Shown here piece by piece: positions 1 through 6,091 of a DNA stretch of 15,956 nt (position 1 is the first letter of the stretch; every line of letters begins with the position of its first letter). This stretch comes from Nanobdellota archaeon (GTDB lineage: Archaea; Nanobdellota; Nanobdellia; Woesearchaeales; GW2011-AR4): positions 1 to 15,956 of the forward strand of contig JBBSWH010000008.1 of assembly GCA_038046385.1 (NCBI GenBank), written 5' to 3'. Position numbers and translations under genes: made by a program. The notes under the pieces were generated by a model, which worked only from the letters and a program-made list of their open reading frames with translations, was not told the origin of the DNA and did no database searches.

Positions 1-372
1 ACATATTCTGATTCATGCGCAGGAACAACTCTGACAGAATACGGAATAAACGGCGCATCTTACATTACAGCAGCATACAATTGCGAGCTTTATGAAAATG
101 CTGGAACAAACTACTGTTCCGCTAACAGGTATTATAAGAGAGAATGGGGATGCTCATCATCTCCGGGATACTGCAACGATGCTGCAGTTGCAGACACAGG
201 AATCGGAACAAACGCTGACGGAGATGCAATGGACTCGCAGTGCGGAGATTCTTTGTGCGACAATGCAAACGGAGTTTACGACAGCACCAAAACAGCAACA
301 GAAGCAGCAGCGTGCGCAGACAACCTAGACAACGACTGCGACGGACTCAAAGACGGCGCCGATTCAGACTGC
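1..372 (+). repeat. In-frame internal duplication, copy 1 (partial, runs off the window start)
   Basis: 1-156 matches 814-969 at 154/156 nt (synonymous AAT/AAC and GCT/GCC). The period is 813 nt = 271 codons. Similarity continues, diverged, to 372 vs 1182. Confidence 0.95.
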
Positions 373-2616
373 GCAATAACACTTACACTTACTCCAAACC
401 CGTCATATGTTTCCAGCGCAGTCACAGCAACAGTTTCAGGAAATATAGCAGGAGCTGTAACAATAAAAGATTATCTTGGATGCGCCAGCGGAACAGTAAT
501 ATGCAGCGGAAACGGATGCACTTTTACATCTCCTTCAGCTGCTAACAGTTATGGATATTATGCATGCACTCCGACGCAAAGCATAAGCGCAACACTTACT
601 ACAATTATAACTCCCCACTGCTCTGCATCAGCATCACATGCCGGAAGCGACACAGGAACAGGAAACTATGCGCATACATACTCTGTAGTGTGGAGTGTTG
701 AAAACTGCGCTGCGAAAACTTCATTAGACACTGACGGAAGTTCAGCAGGATACACAACAGCAGGACAGCTGATTGATTATTTAACATGCTCAAGCGGAGC
801 ATGCACATCAACAACATATTCTGATTCATGCGCAGGAACAACTCTGACAGAATACGGAATAAACGGCGCATCTTACATTACAGCAGCATACAATTGCGAG
901 CTTTATGAAAACGCCGGAACAAACTACTGTTCCGCTAACAGGTATTATAAGAGAGAATGGGGATGCTCAGGAACTCCAGGATTATGCAACGACGCAGCTG
1001 TTGCAGATACATTGGCAGGAACAAACGCTGACGGAGACACAATGGATTCACAATGCGGAGATTCCTTGTGCGACAATGCAAACGGAGTCTATGACAACAC
1101 AAAGCAGGCTGCAGAATCCTCGTGCGCAGACGGGCTTGACAACGACTGCGACGGATTAATTGATGTGAATGACCTTGACTGCAAGCTTTCATTATCTCCA
1201 AACCCTGCAGAGCCCGTCAACGTAATAACAGCGTCAATACCACAAGCAGCACCATACCCAATCTCCATAAGAGATTACAGGGGGTGCTCATATGCAGGCG
1301 CAGACGGTATCCTATGCAGCTTTACGTCCCCTGCTAAAAGCTGCACATTCAGCGCGCCAACAACCGGAGGGACATTCGGGTATTATTCGTGCACAGGAAC
1401 AACACAATTAGATAATAAAATACTCACAGTAAACAACCAGTCGCACTGCGCATTGCCATTAAACCATGCATTCAATGATGCAGGCGCAGGACTCAACGGG
1501 CATGGGTACAACTCAAGCATAAACGCATGGTACAGAATAACCAAAGAAACAACCTGTGATGACACACTTGACAACGACTGCGACGGCTTAACAGACTGTT
1601 TGGATCTGGACTGCAACGGACAGCAGGGATGCTGCACGACAATAACAAGAGACTGCAAGCTTTATACATCAACAACTTTAGGGGGTCAAACTGTTCCAGC
1701 AAAAGATATTTTTGCTGCTGCGCATAGGATATTCTTCACAAGCGGCAACGATTTCAAATCCATAACCAATGGGTATACTTCCACTACTCTTAATGCAATA
1801 GCGTCACAAATAGAAGGCTCAAATTACTATCAATGCGCTCCAAACTTCAATGACCAGTCATGCTGCGCAAGCGAAAGCTCATGCGTATTCAACGGAGTTT
1901 GCTATCCTGACAATTTTAAGGGAGATATTGACAATGACGGCATCGCAGAAAGATGCGTCGCGCATTCCCCGGGGCAGTGGATTGAGGAATTTGAAACCGA
2001 CTGCGCAAACTCTGTTGATGATGATCTGGACGGGAATACAGACTGCGGAGACACTGACTGCAACGGCGTAATAAACGGCACAGTTCTTGACAAGAACACC
2101 CAGCAGCATGTTGACCTTGCAGACGTGCAGGCAAAGCAAAGCCTCCAGGTGATAGGAAGCGATGCAACAGATACTTTAGGAGCTTATTCAATAAGCCTTA
2201 ATTGCGGCACTTATGATCTTGCGGTTTCTCATCCAAGCTATGCAATCCAGACAAAATCAGGATTAGCCCTTTTGGGAAGGCAGAAGCTTACTCAGGATTT
2301 CAACATGATAGTCGGGACGTCGTGCGAATCCGACTGCACTTATGTGTTTGATGATATTGTTCATGCAGAATGCGACGGCATCAACGGATGCAGCTTCAGC
2401 GACCCAATATCCAGAATAGCATGCGACAAGTCAAAAGTAGGGTGGCTTAGAGATTACAACTCAACGCATTATGTATTATGCCCATCAGGAAGCCCGCAGC
2501 CAAAAGTGGACATACAGGCGTCTGTAAACTGCGCTTCCGGAACGCTGATTAAGTCAACAAGCATAGTCACATACAAGGGAGAGCCGGTAAAGCTGGTTGT
2601 TGTAACTTGCGGCTAA
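1..2616 (+). CDS. 5'-truncated giant Cys/Thr/Ser/Gly-rich extracellular repeat protein with four DNDCDG-type putative metal/Ca-binding motifs, a carboxypeptidase-regulatory-like beta-sandwich and a Cys-rich C-terminal domain; probable adhesin or surface protein
   Basis: The frame of track ORF 229..2616 is open from base 1 (TYSDSCAGTTLTEYG...), so the Met at 229 is internal. Motifs CxDxxDNDCDGxxDxxDxDC occur at 313, 1123 and 1555, with a variant at 2002. GTVLDKNTQQHVDLADV...TDTLGAYSISLNCGTYDLAVSHPSY (~2077-2310) resembles a CarboxypepD_reg-like domain. No C-terminal TM anchor is visible. Confidence 0.85.
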   Translation, partial: TYSDSCAGTTLTEYGINGASYITAAYNCELYENAGTNYCSANRYYKREWGCSSSPGYCNDAAVADTGIGTNADGDAMDSQCGDSLCDNANGVYDSTKTATEAAACADNLDNDCDGLKDGADSDCAITLTLTPNPSYVSSAVTATVSGNIAGAVTIKDYLGCASGTVICSGNGCTFTSPSAANSYGYYACTPTQSISATLTTIITPHCSASASHAGSDTGTGNYAHTYSVVWSVENCAAKTSLDTDGSSAGYTTAGQLIDYLTCSSGACTSTTYSDSCAGTTLTEYGINGASYITAAYNCELYENAGTNYCSANRYYKREWGCSGTPGLCNDAAVADTLAGTNADGDTMDSQCGDSLCDNANGVYDNTKQAAESSCADGLDNDCDGLIDVNDLDCKLSLSPNPAEPVNVITASIPQAAPYPISIRDYRGCSYAGADGILCSFTSPAKSCTFSAPTTGGTFGYYSCTGTTQLDNKILTVNNQSHCALPLNHAFNDAGAGLNGHGYNSSINAWYRITKETTCDDTLDNDCDGLTDCLDLDCNGQQGCCTTITRDCKLYTSTTLGGQTVPAKDIFAAAHRIFFTSGNDFKSITNGYTSTTLNAIASQIEGSNYYQCAPNFNDQSCCASESSCVFNGVCYPDNFKGDIDNDGIAERCVAHSPGQWIEEFETDCANSVDDDLDGNTDCGDTDCNGVINGTVLDKNTQQHVDLADVQAKQSLQVIGSDATDTLGAYSISLNCGTYDLAVSHPSYAIQTKSGLALLGRQKLTQDFNMIVGTSCESDCTYVFDDIVHAECDGINGCSFSDPISRIACDKSKVGWLRDYNSTHYVLCPSGSPQPKVDIQASVNCASGTLIKSTSIVTYKGEPVKLVVVTCG
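313..2061 (+). repeat. Four dispersed 60-nt (20-aa) Cys/Asp motifs at 313-372, 1123-1182, 1555-1614 and 2002-2061 (putative metal-binding motif, PF11617-like)
   Basis: CADNLDNDCDGLKDGADSDC, CADGLDNDCDGLIDVNDLDC, CDDTLDNDCDGLTDCLDLDC, CANSVDDDLDGNTDCGDTDC. The 17-mer GACAACGACTGCGACGG is identical at 328, 1138 and 1570. Confidence 0.85.
814..1182 (+). repeat. In-frame internal duplication, copy 2
   Basis: Matches 1-372. Protein-level similarity continues further (TLTPNP..IKDYLGC..CTFTSP..YGYYACT..HC vs SLSPNP..IRDYRGC..CTFSAP..FGYYSCT..HC) to about 690 vs 1520. Confidence 0.95.
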
Positions 2617-2620
2617 TAAA

Positions 2621-2734
2621 ATGTCAAAAATTTTAATCAACATTGAATTTGTTAAACTTTTTGAGCATGATCAAAAATCGCTAGACAACATTGCGAAAGC
2701 GGCAGGATATAACAACATAAAGGGTGATTTTTGA
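2621..2734 (+). CDS. Candidate 37-aa small ORF or leader peptide (MSKILINIEFVKLFEHDQKSLDNIAKAAGYNNIKGDF)
   Basis: ATG at 2621 follows the upstream stop by 4 nt, and TGA at 2732-2734 ends 1 nt before the next ATG (2736). It is below the ORF-track length cutoff and has no recognisable homology. Confidence 0.4.
   Translation: MSKILINIEFVKLFEHDQKSLDNIAKAAGYNNIKGDF
2722..2728 (+). promoter_or_regulatory. Shine-Dalgarno motif GGGTGAT for the ATG at 2736
   Basis: Archaeal SD core GGTGA lies 8 nt before the ATG. The track's GTG start at 2724 falls inside this motif. Confidence 0.75.
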
Positions 2735-2735
2735 C

Positions 2736-3071
2736 ATGGCAAAAAAGAAAAAAGAGTTTGACGAAATCACTTTAATCCTTATTGTTGCAGCTGCAGCCCT
2801 TTTGATAAGCTTTTTTGGAAGCGGGGAGCAGCCTGCTGTGCAGGAAGCCGGCAGGATAAGCAAAGTAGTCCTTAACAATCCTGGCATCGAAGGAAACAGA
2901 GTAATAGACGAAAAAAAATTCATGGAAATCAGCAGCATGGACTATGATTCACTGAAAAAATCATTCAAGGCAAGCAGGGATTTCTGCATCTACATTGAAG
3001 ATGAAAAAGGCAACATACTGCTGTCAAAAAGCGCCCCTTCACTGAATAAGGATGGGTTTTGCGTTGCCTGA
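2736..3071 (+). CDS. Small N-terminally membrane-anchored protein (111 aa), paralog of the downstream pilin-like gene
   Basis: MAKKKKEFDE is followed by the hydrophobic ITLILIVAAAALLISFF. It shares MDYDSLKK..DFCIYIEDEKGNILL with MDYEDLKR..DFCIYMEDSNGNLVL of the next gene. Confidence 0.8.
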   Translation: MAKKKKEFDEITLILIVAAAALLISFFGSGEQPAVQEAGRISKVVLNNPGIEGNRVIDEKKFMEISSMDYDSLKKSFKASRDFCIYIEDEKGNILLSKSAPSLNKDGFCVA

Positions 3072-3091
3072 GCAGGCAAAATGAGTTTAAC

Positions 3092-3487
3092 ATGCTCAAA
3101 GACAAAAAATCTCAATCATGGTCAATTGATGTTGTACTCGGATTTATAATATTCATGTCTGCTTTTTTCATAGCTTATACAATGATAAGCGGCAATGACG
3201 AGGTAAAAGTCGATTTGCTGAAAAAAGAGTCCCTTACGATAATCAAGCAGGTTACTTCTGAAGATTCAAAGCTTAAGCTGGTGGACAACAATGAAATAGA
3301 CAGCGAGAAGATTGAAGAGTTAAAAGCCATGGATTACGAAGACCTGAAAAGAAGATTAAGGGCAGACAAGGATTTTTGCATCTACATGGAAGACAGCAAC
3401 GGAAACCTGGTGCTGATGAACAACAACTACCTCGGAATCGGAAGCCCGGATATAGACCTTGCAGGAACGCCTTGCAGCCAGAGATGA
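3092..3487 (+). CDS. Type IV pilin-like protein with class III signal peptide (131 aa)
   Basis: Start reassigned to ATG 3092: MLKDKKS|QSWSIDVVLGFIIFMSAFFIAY gives a basic leader, S|Q cleavage site and hydrophobic helix. Confidence 0.8.
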   Translation: MLKDKKSQSWSIDVVLGFIIFMSAFFIAYTMISGNDEVKVDLLKKESLTIIKQVTSEDSKLKLVDNNEIDSEKIEELKAMDYEDLKRRLRADKDFCIYMEDSNGNLVLMNNNYLGIGSPDIDLAGTPCSQR

Positions 3488-3967
3488 TTATTTTCGTATA
3501 ACCTTATTTATATTTTTGAAAAAGAACGAAGCATTATCAAATGATTCTTTGGCAGGCTCCTTATTGGCCTGGGGCATTTTTTGATAAGTGAATCTTCCTC
3601 TTTTTCCCTTCTCTTTTGAGAATATTCCCAGCAGCTCTTCCGCCCTTACAGTCATTTTTTGATAAATTTTGAGCAACTCGACATCAAGATTTCCAGTTTT
3701 AACAAGATATTTTTCAAAAGCTTCCAGAGTTTTCTTATGCACTTCAGGCGCTTCTGTTTTTACACCCGAACCGGCCAATATGGATTTAGCAGAATAAAAA
3801 ATACAGTAATAAGAATGACTTATTACACTGCTGTAAAATGTGAATTCCTTTTCAAGCTTAAACTGCTCTTTTTGGAGCATAGGGCTGCTGGAAACATCGA
3901 ACAAAATCTGCGCAGCTATAAGCTCGTTTTCTGCCCTTTGCAAATATAACTCAGAGTCATCGTTCAT
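3488..3967 (-). CDS. HEPN domain protein (partner of the adjacent MNT)
   Basis: YLQRAENELIAAQIL...YSSVISHSYYCIFYSAKSIL...EVH...RGRFTY (Rx4Y) is the pattern of PF05168-type HEPN proteins. It overlaps the MNT gene by 11 nt. Confidence 0.85.
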   Translation of the reverse strand: MNDDSELYLQRAENELIAAQILFDVSSSPMLQKEQFKLEKEFTFYSSVISHSYYCIFYSAKSILAGSGVKTEAPEVHKKTLEAFEKYLVKTGNLDVELLKIYQKMTVRAEELLGIFSKEKGKRGRFTYQKMPQANKEPAKESFDNASFFFKNINKVIRK

Positions 3968-4565
3968 TTTTTATCAAATTGCAGTAAGGAATGTATCCAT
4001 AATAAACAATGCTGCTTTTAAATATTTGCTTCCCAACATTCTCAAAATCAGCTTTCAGCATTTCCAAAAATTCCATTCTTGTAAAAATACTGTAGTCTAT
4101 TGGGACTATTTCCCTTCTTTTTGCCGTCTCCAAATAAACAGACATTTCTTTTTTTGCATGTTCGGATTCTGCAACCACAGCAATATCCAAATCAGATTTT
4201 AAAGATGCTTTGCCTTTAGCATAGCTTCCAAACACAATCAATATAAAAAATTCAGTATGCTTAAATATCCTGTTTTTAACATCTTCCAGTATTTTTTTAG
4301 GAACGCCGCTTTTTTCAATCTCAATCTCATTTATCAGGTTCAGATAAGACATCGTTAAGCTGTTGGCTATGCTTAAAGAATAAACAGTTACATCGCCGAC
4401 TTTTTTTGTTTCTATTAAATTCTGCCTTTTGAACTCTTTTAAGGCTATTTGAACTATATTGTTTGATTTTTGTCTGCTTTGCTGCTTAATCTGCTTAAAT
4501 GTCAGATCAGCAAAAATATCTTTTTTGAATGCTGACAGAATGTCTAATTGTTTTTTTGTTAGCAT
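3957..4565 (-). CDS. Winged-HTH plus minimal nucleotidyltransferase (MNT, Pol-beta superfamily); putative antitoxin/autoregulator
   Basis: C-terminal IVFGSYAKGKASLKSDLDIAVV (GSx10DxD). N-terminal wHTH-like segment LTFKQIKQQS..NIVQIALKEFKRQNLIETKKVGDVTVYSL. Confidence 0.9.
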   Translation of the reverse strand: MLTKKQLDILSAFKKDIFADLTFKQIKQQSRQKSNNIVQIALKEFKRQNLIETKKVGDVTVYSLSIANSLTMSYLNLINEIEIEKSGVPKKILEDVKNRIFKHTEFFILIVFGSYAKGKASLKSDLDIAVVAESEHAKKEMSVYLETAKRREIVPIDYSIFTRMEFLEMLKADFENVGKQIFKSSIVYYGYIPYCNLIKNER

Positions 4566-4567
4566 GT

Positions 4568-4606
4568 TTACCTACTTTTTGGTATTGAATTACCTATTTT
4601 TTGGTA
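4568..4606. promoter_or_regulatory. Two tandem 17-bp operator-like boxes, each an inverted repeat TACC-N8-GGTA
   Basis: TTACCTACTTTTTGGTA (4568-4584) and TTACCTATTTTTTGGTA (4590-4606) are 16/17 identical with a 22-bp period. They lie between the TATA box and the MNT start codon. Confidence 0.75.
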
Positions 4607-4607
4607 G

Positions 4608-4624
4608 TATTTAAATGTTTCGGC
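4608..4624 (-). promoter_or_regulatory. Archaeal BRE + TATA promoter of the MNT-HEPN operon
   Basis: The minus strand reads GCCGAAACA-TTTAAATA (TATA box at 4615-4608), ending 42 nt upstream of ATG 4565. Confidence 0.75.
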
Positions 4625-4660
4625 TTTAAAAACAAGAGTTCCATGCAGCTAGAGATGATT

Positions 4661-5344
4661 TTAGTCATTTAAGCTTAAAACAGATTTCTTGTGCTTTTCA
4701 AACAAAGCATTGTCAATGCGGCCGTAAATTCCCTGCAAGTTATCTTTAAACTGCCCTGAAGAAACTTTATCTTTAATTTTAGAAAACCTGTTTTGGAAAT
4801 CACATCTACTCATGACTTCTTGTTTTATCCATTCAATATTCCCGGCTTTTGGCATAAGCATGAAAACATCCCTTATATCGGTGATTCTGCAGCTTATTAT
4901 CTTCATTGCAATAAGGGCATCAATGTTTATCACCCGTAACCTTAATCCGGCTGGTATTGTTTTTCCCTTTACCTGCCTTATTTTGGAATTTTTAAACACC
5001 CAGGACGCATCAAAAGCCGAATTTGTCTGCCTGTCAATAATTTTATTGAATAAAATATCCATACTGACCTTAAAATTAGGCTGCAGCTCTTTTTCGTACC
5101 TAATAAATTCACCGTGATAAGCAAGATTATTTCTCCAATTTCCCTTTTCATATCCTAAACTTGCCAGATTTTTCTCTATTTTCTTTAGCTCATCCTTATC
5201 TTCCACAACAATATCACAATCTACAGAGAACCTTGGCAAAGTATAGGCATTCACCGAATAGCCGCCAATCACTGTAAATTTGCATTTGATAATTCCCTTA
5301 AGAGCTTCAAAAATCTCTTTTTCCCTAAGCTGCAGCAAATCCAT
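4661..5344 (-). CDS. AbiEii/AbiGii-like nucleotidyltransferase (type IV TA toxin-like)
   Basis: VIGGYSVNAYTLPRFSVDCDIVV (GG...R.S.DxD) and LIAMKIISCRITDIRDV (K...R..D..D) motifs. It overlaps the upstream gene by 20 nt. Confidence 0.8.
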   Translation of the reverse strand: MDLLQLREKEIFEALKGIIKCKFTVIGGYSVNAYTLPRFSVDCDIVVEDKDELKKIEKNLASLGYEKGNWRNNLAYHGEFIRYEKELQPNFKVSMDILFNKIIDRQTNSAFDASWVFKNSKIRQVKGKTIPAGLRLRVINIDALIAMKIISCRITDIRDVFMLMPKAGNIEWIKQEVMSRCDFQNRFSKIKDKVSSGQFKDNLQGIYGRIDNALFEKHKKSVLSLND

Positions 5345-5927
5345 ATTTTTTTCTCATATAATTATAAGCATAAGAATGCATCTCATTTTCTTTTGCCATT
5401 TTTAAGGTTTTCTTTAAGTGCTCAACTTTTAAATTATCTTTATCAATAAAATCAATGCTATCCGCAGGAATTAAAATTATATATTCCCCTATAGTGGAGC
5501 CTTCATTTACATAATTCGGAACGTTTTTTTTGTTAAAAAATTCTTTCCAGTGAGTTAAATCCTTTTTTAGCACTTTGATAAAATAAGGGGATTTTTCTAT
5601 TCCCCTCTGGACATAAGAGTAATCTGACCATATCTCTATGGCTGACAAGCCCGTAAAAGCGTATATTTTTTCAGATTCTTTTATTATTTCAGGAACTTTA
5701 AATTCCAACAGCCCTTTAATTGCGTTTTGAGGCTCAACGCATTTATAAGAATCCCTGGAATTTTTTGCAATCCAGCCGGATTTTAACAGCAAAGAAAAGA
5801 TTTTCTTCTTCATGCTCTGTCCCACAATCCAGTCCAAATCAGACTGCTTAAATGGTTCTGTTGAGCCGTGCTTCGAGAAAAACAAAGCATAGGCTCTCAA
5901 GCAATATGGAGGTATCTCACTAATCAT
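5325..5927 (-). CDS. Putative AbiEi-like antitoxin/transcriptional regulator (N-terminal wHTH)
   Basis: wHTH-like FKQSDL..KKIFSLLLKSGWIAKNSRDSY followed by YAFTGLSAIEIW, resembling the AbiEi C-terminal domain start. It sits directly upstream of the AbiEii-like gene with a palindrome in its promoter. Confidence 0.65.
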   Translation of the reverse strand: MISEIPPYCLRAYALFFSKHGSTEPFKQSDLDWIVGQSMKKKIFSLLLKSGWIAKNSRDSYKCVEPQNAIKGLLEFKVPEIIKESEKIYAFTGLSAIEIWSDYSYVQRGIEKSPYFIKVLKKDLTHWKEFFNKKNVPNYVNEGSTIGEYIILIPADSIDFIDKDNLKVEHLKKTLKMAKENEMHSYAYNYMRKKYGFAAA

Positions 5928-5947
5928 AGTTACCTATTAGGTAACTA
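5927..5947. promoter_or_regulatory. Perfect 21-bp palindromic operator candidate TAGTTACCTA-T-TAGGTAACTA
   Basis: 10-bp perfect arms with a 1-bp centre, filling the space between the TATA box and the start codon of the AbiEi-like gene. Confidence 0.85.
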
Positions 5948-5949
5948 AT

Positions 5950-5967
5950 TATTTAAATACTTTTCGG
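5950..5967 (-). promoter_or_regulatory. Archaeal BRE + TATA promoter, probably a leaderless transcript of the AbiE-like operon
   Basis: The minus strand reads CCGAAAAGTA-TTTAAATA. The TATA box ends 22 nt before the ATG at 5927. Confidence 0.75.
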
Positions 5968-6053
5968 TTTTAATGATAAAATACTTACTTTCTATATGGA
6001 AATACTTCTTTAAAAACACCTTTTTATTTAACTACTCACAGATAACAAAAAAT

Positions 6054-6068
6054 AGAAAGATTTATAAA
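6054..6068 (+). promoter_or_regulatory. BRE + TATA promoter (AGAAAGA-TTTATAAA), probably leaderless, for the 6092 gene
   Basis: TTTATAAA at 6061-6068 ends 23 nt before ATG 6092 and is preceded by a purine-rich BRE-like run. Confidence 0.65.
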
Positions 6069-6091
6069 GAGGAAAACAAAGGAAAGATACT

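Noticed and set aside
1-969. Near-identical repeat pair (1-156 / 814-969) as a diversity-generating retroelement TR/VR
   Set aside because: Both copies are in frame inside one CDS, the only two differences are synonymous T/C changes rather than coding-strand adenine-specific changes, and no reverse transcriptase is in the window.
328-1586. Three exact 17-mers GACAACGACTGCGACGG as CRISPR-like repeats
   Set aside because: Spacing is 810 and 432 nt, and they simply encode the DNDCDG motif in frame.
92-2191. Alternative-frame and antisense ORFs over the giant gene (92..328, 240..545, 605..871, 905..1159, 935..1201, 1383..1658, 1493..1702, 1850..2071, 1879..2139, 1902..2099, 1916..2191)
   Set aside because: They are shadows of a long motif-bearing CDS. 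The similarity of 92..328 and 905..1159 just reflects the DNA duplication.
2683-2710. GCGAAAGC hairpin as a c-di-GMP-I or other known riboswitch
   Set aside because: Only a short GNRA-like loop is present. The flanking conserved riboswitch nucleotides and the second stem are not recognisable.
2621-2737. MITE with 11-bp terminal inverted repeats ATGTCAAAAAT/ATTTTTGACAT
   Set aside because: There is no target-site duplication, no second copy or transposase in the window, and the right arm forms part of the next gene's SD and start codon.
3659-5117. + strand ORFs 3659..3949, 3840..4202 and 4812..5117
   Set aside because: They are antisense to HEPN, MNT and AbiEii-like genes that have clear motifs, and their translations are Phe/Ser/Ile-rich shadow sequences.
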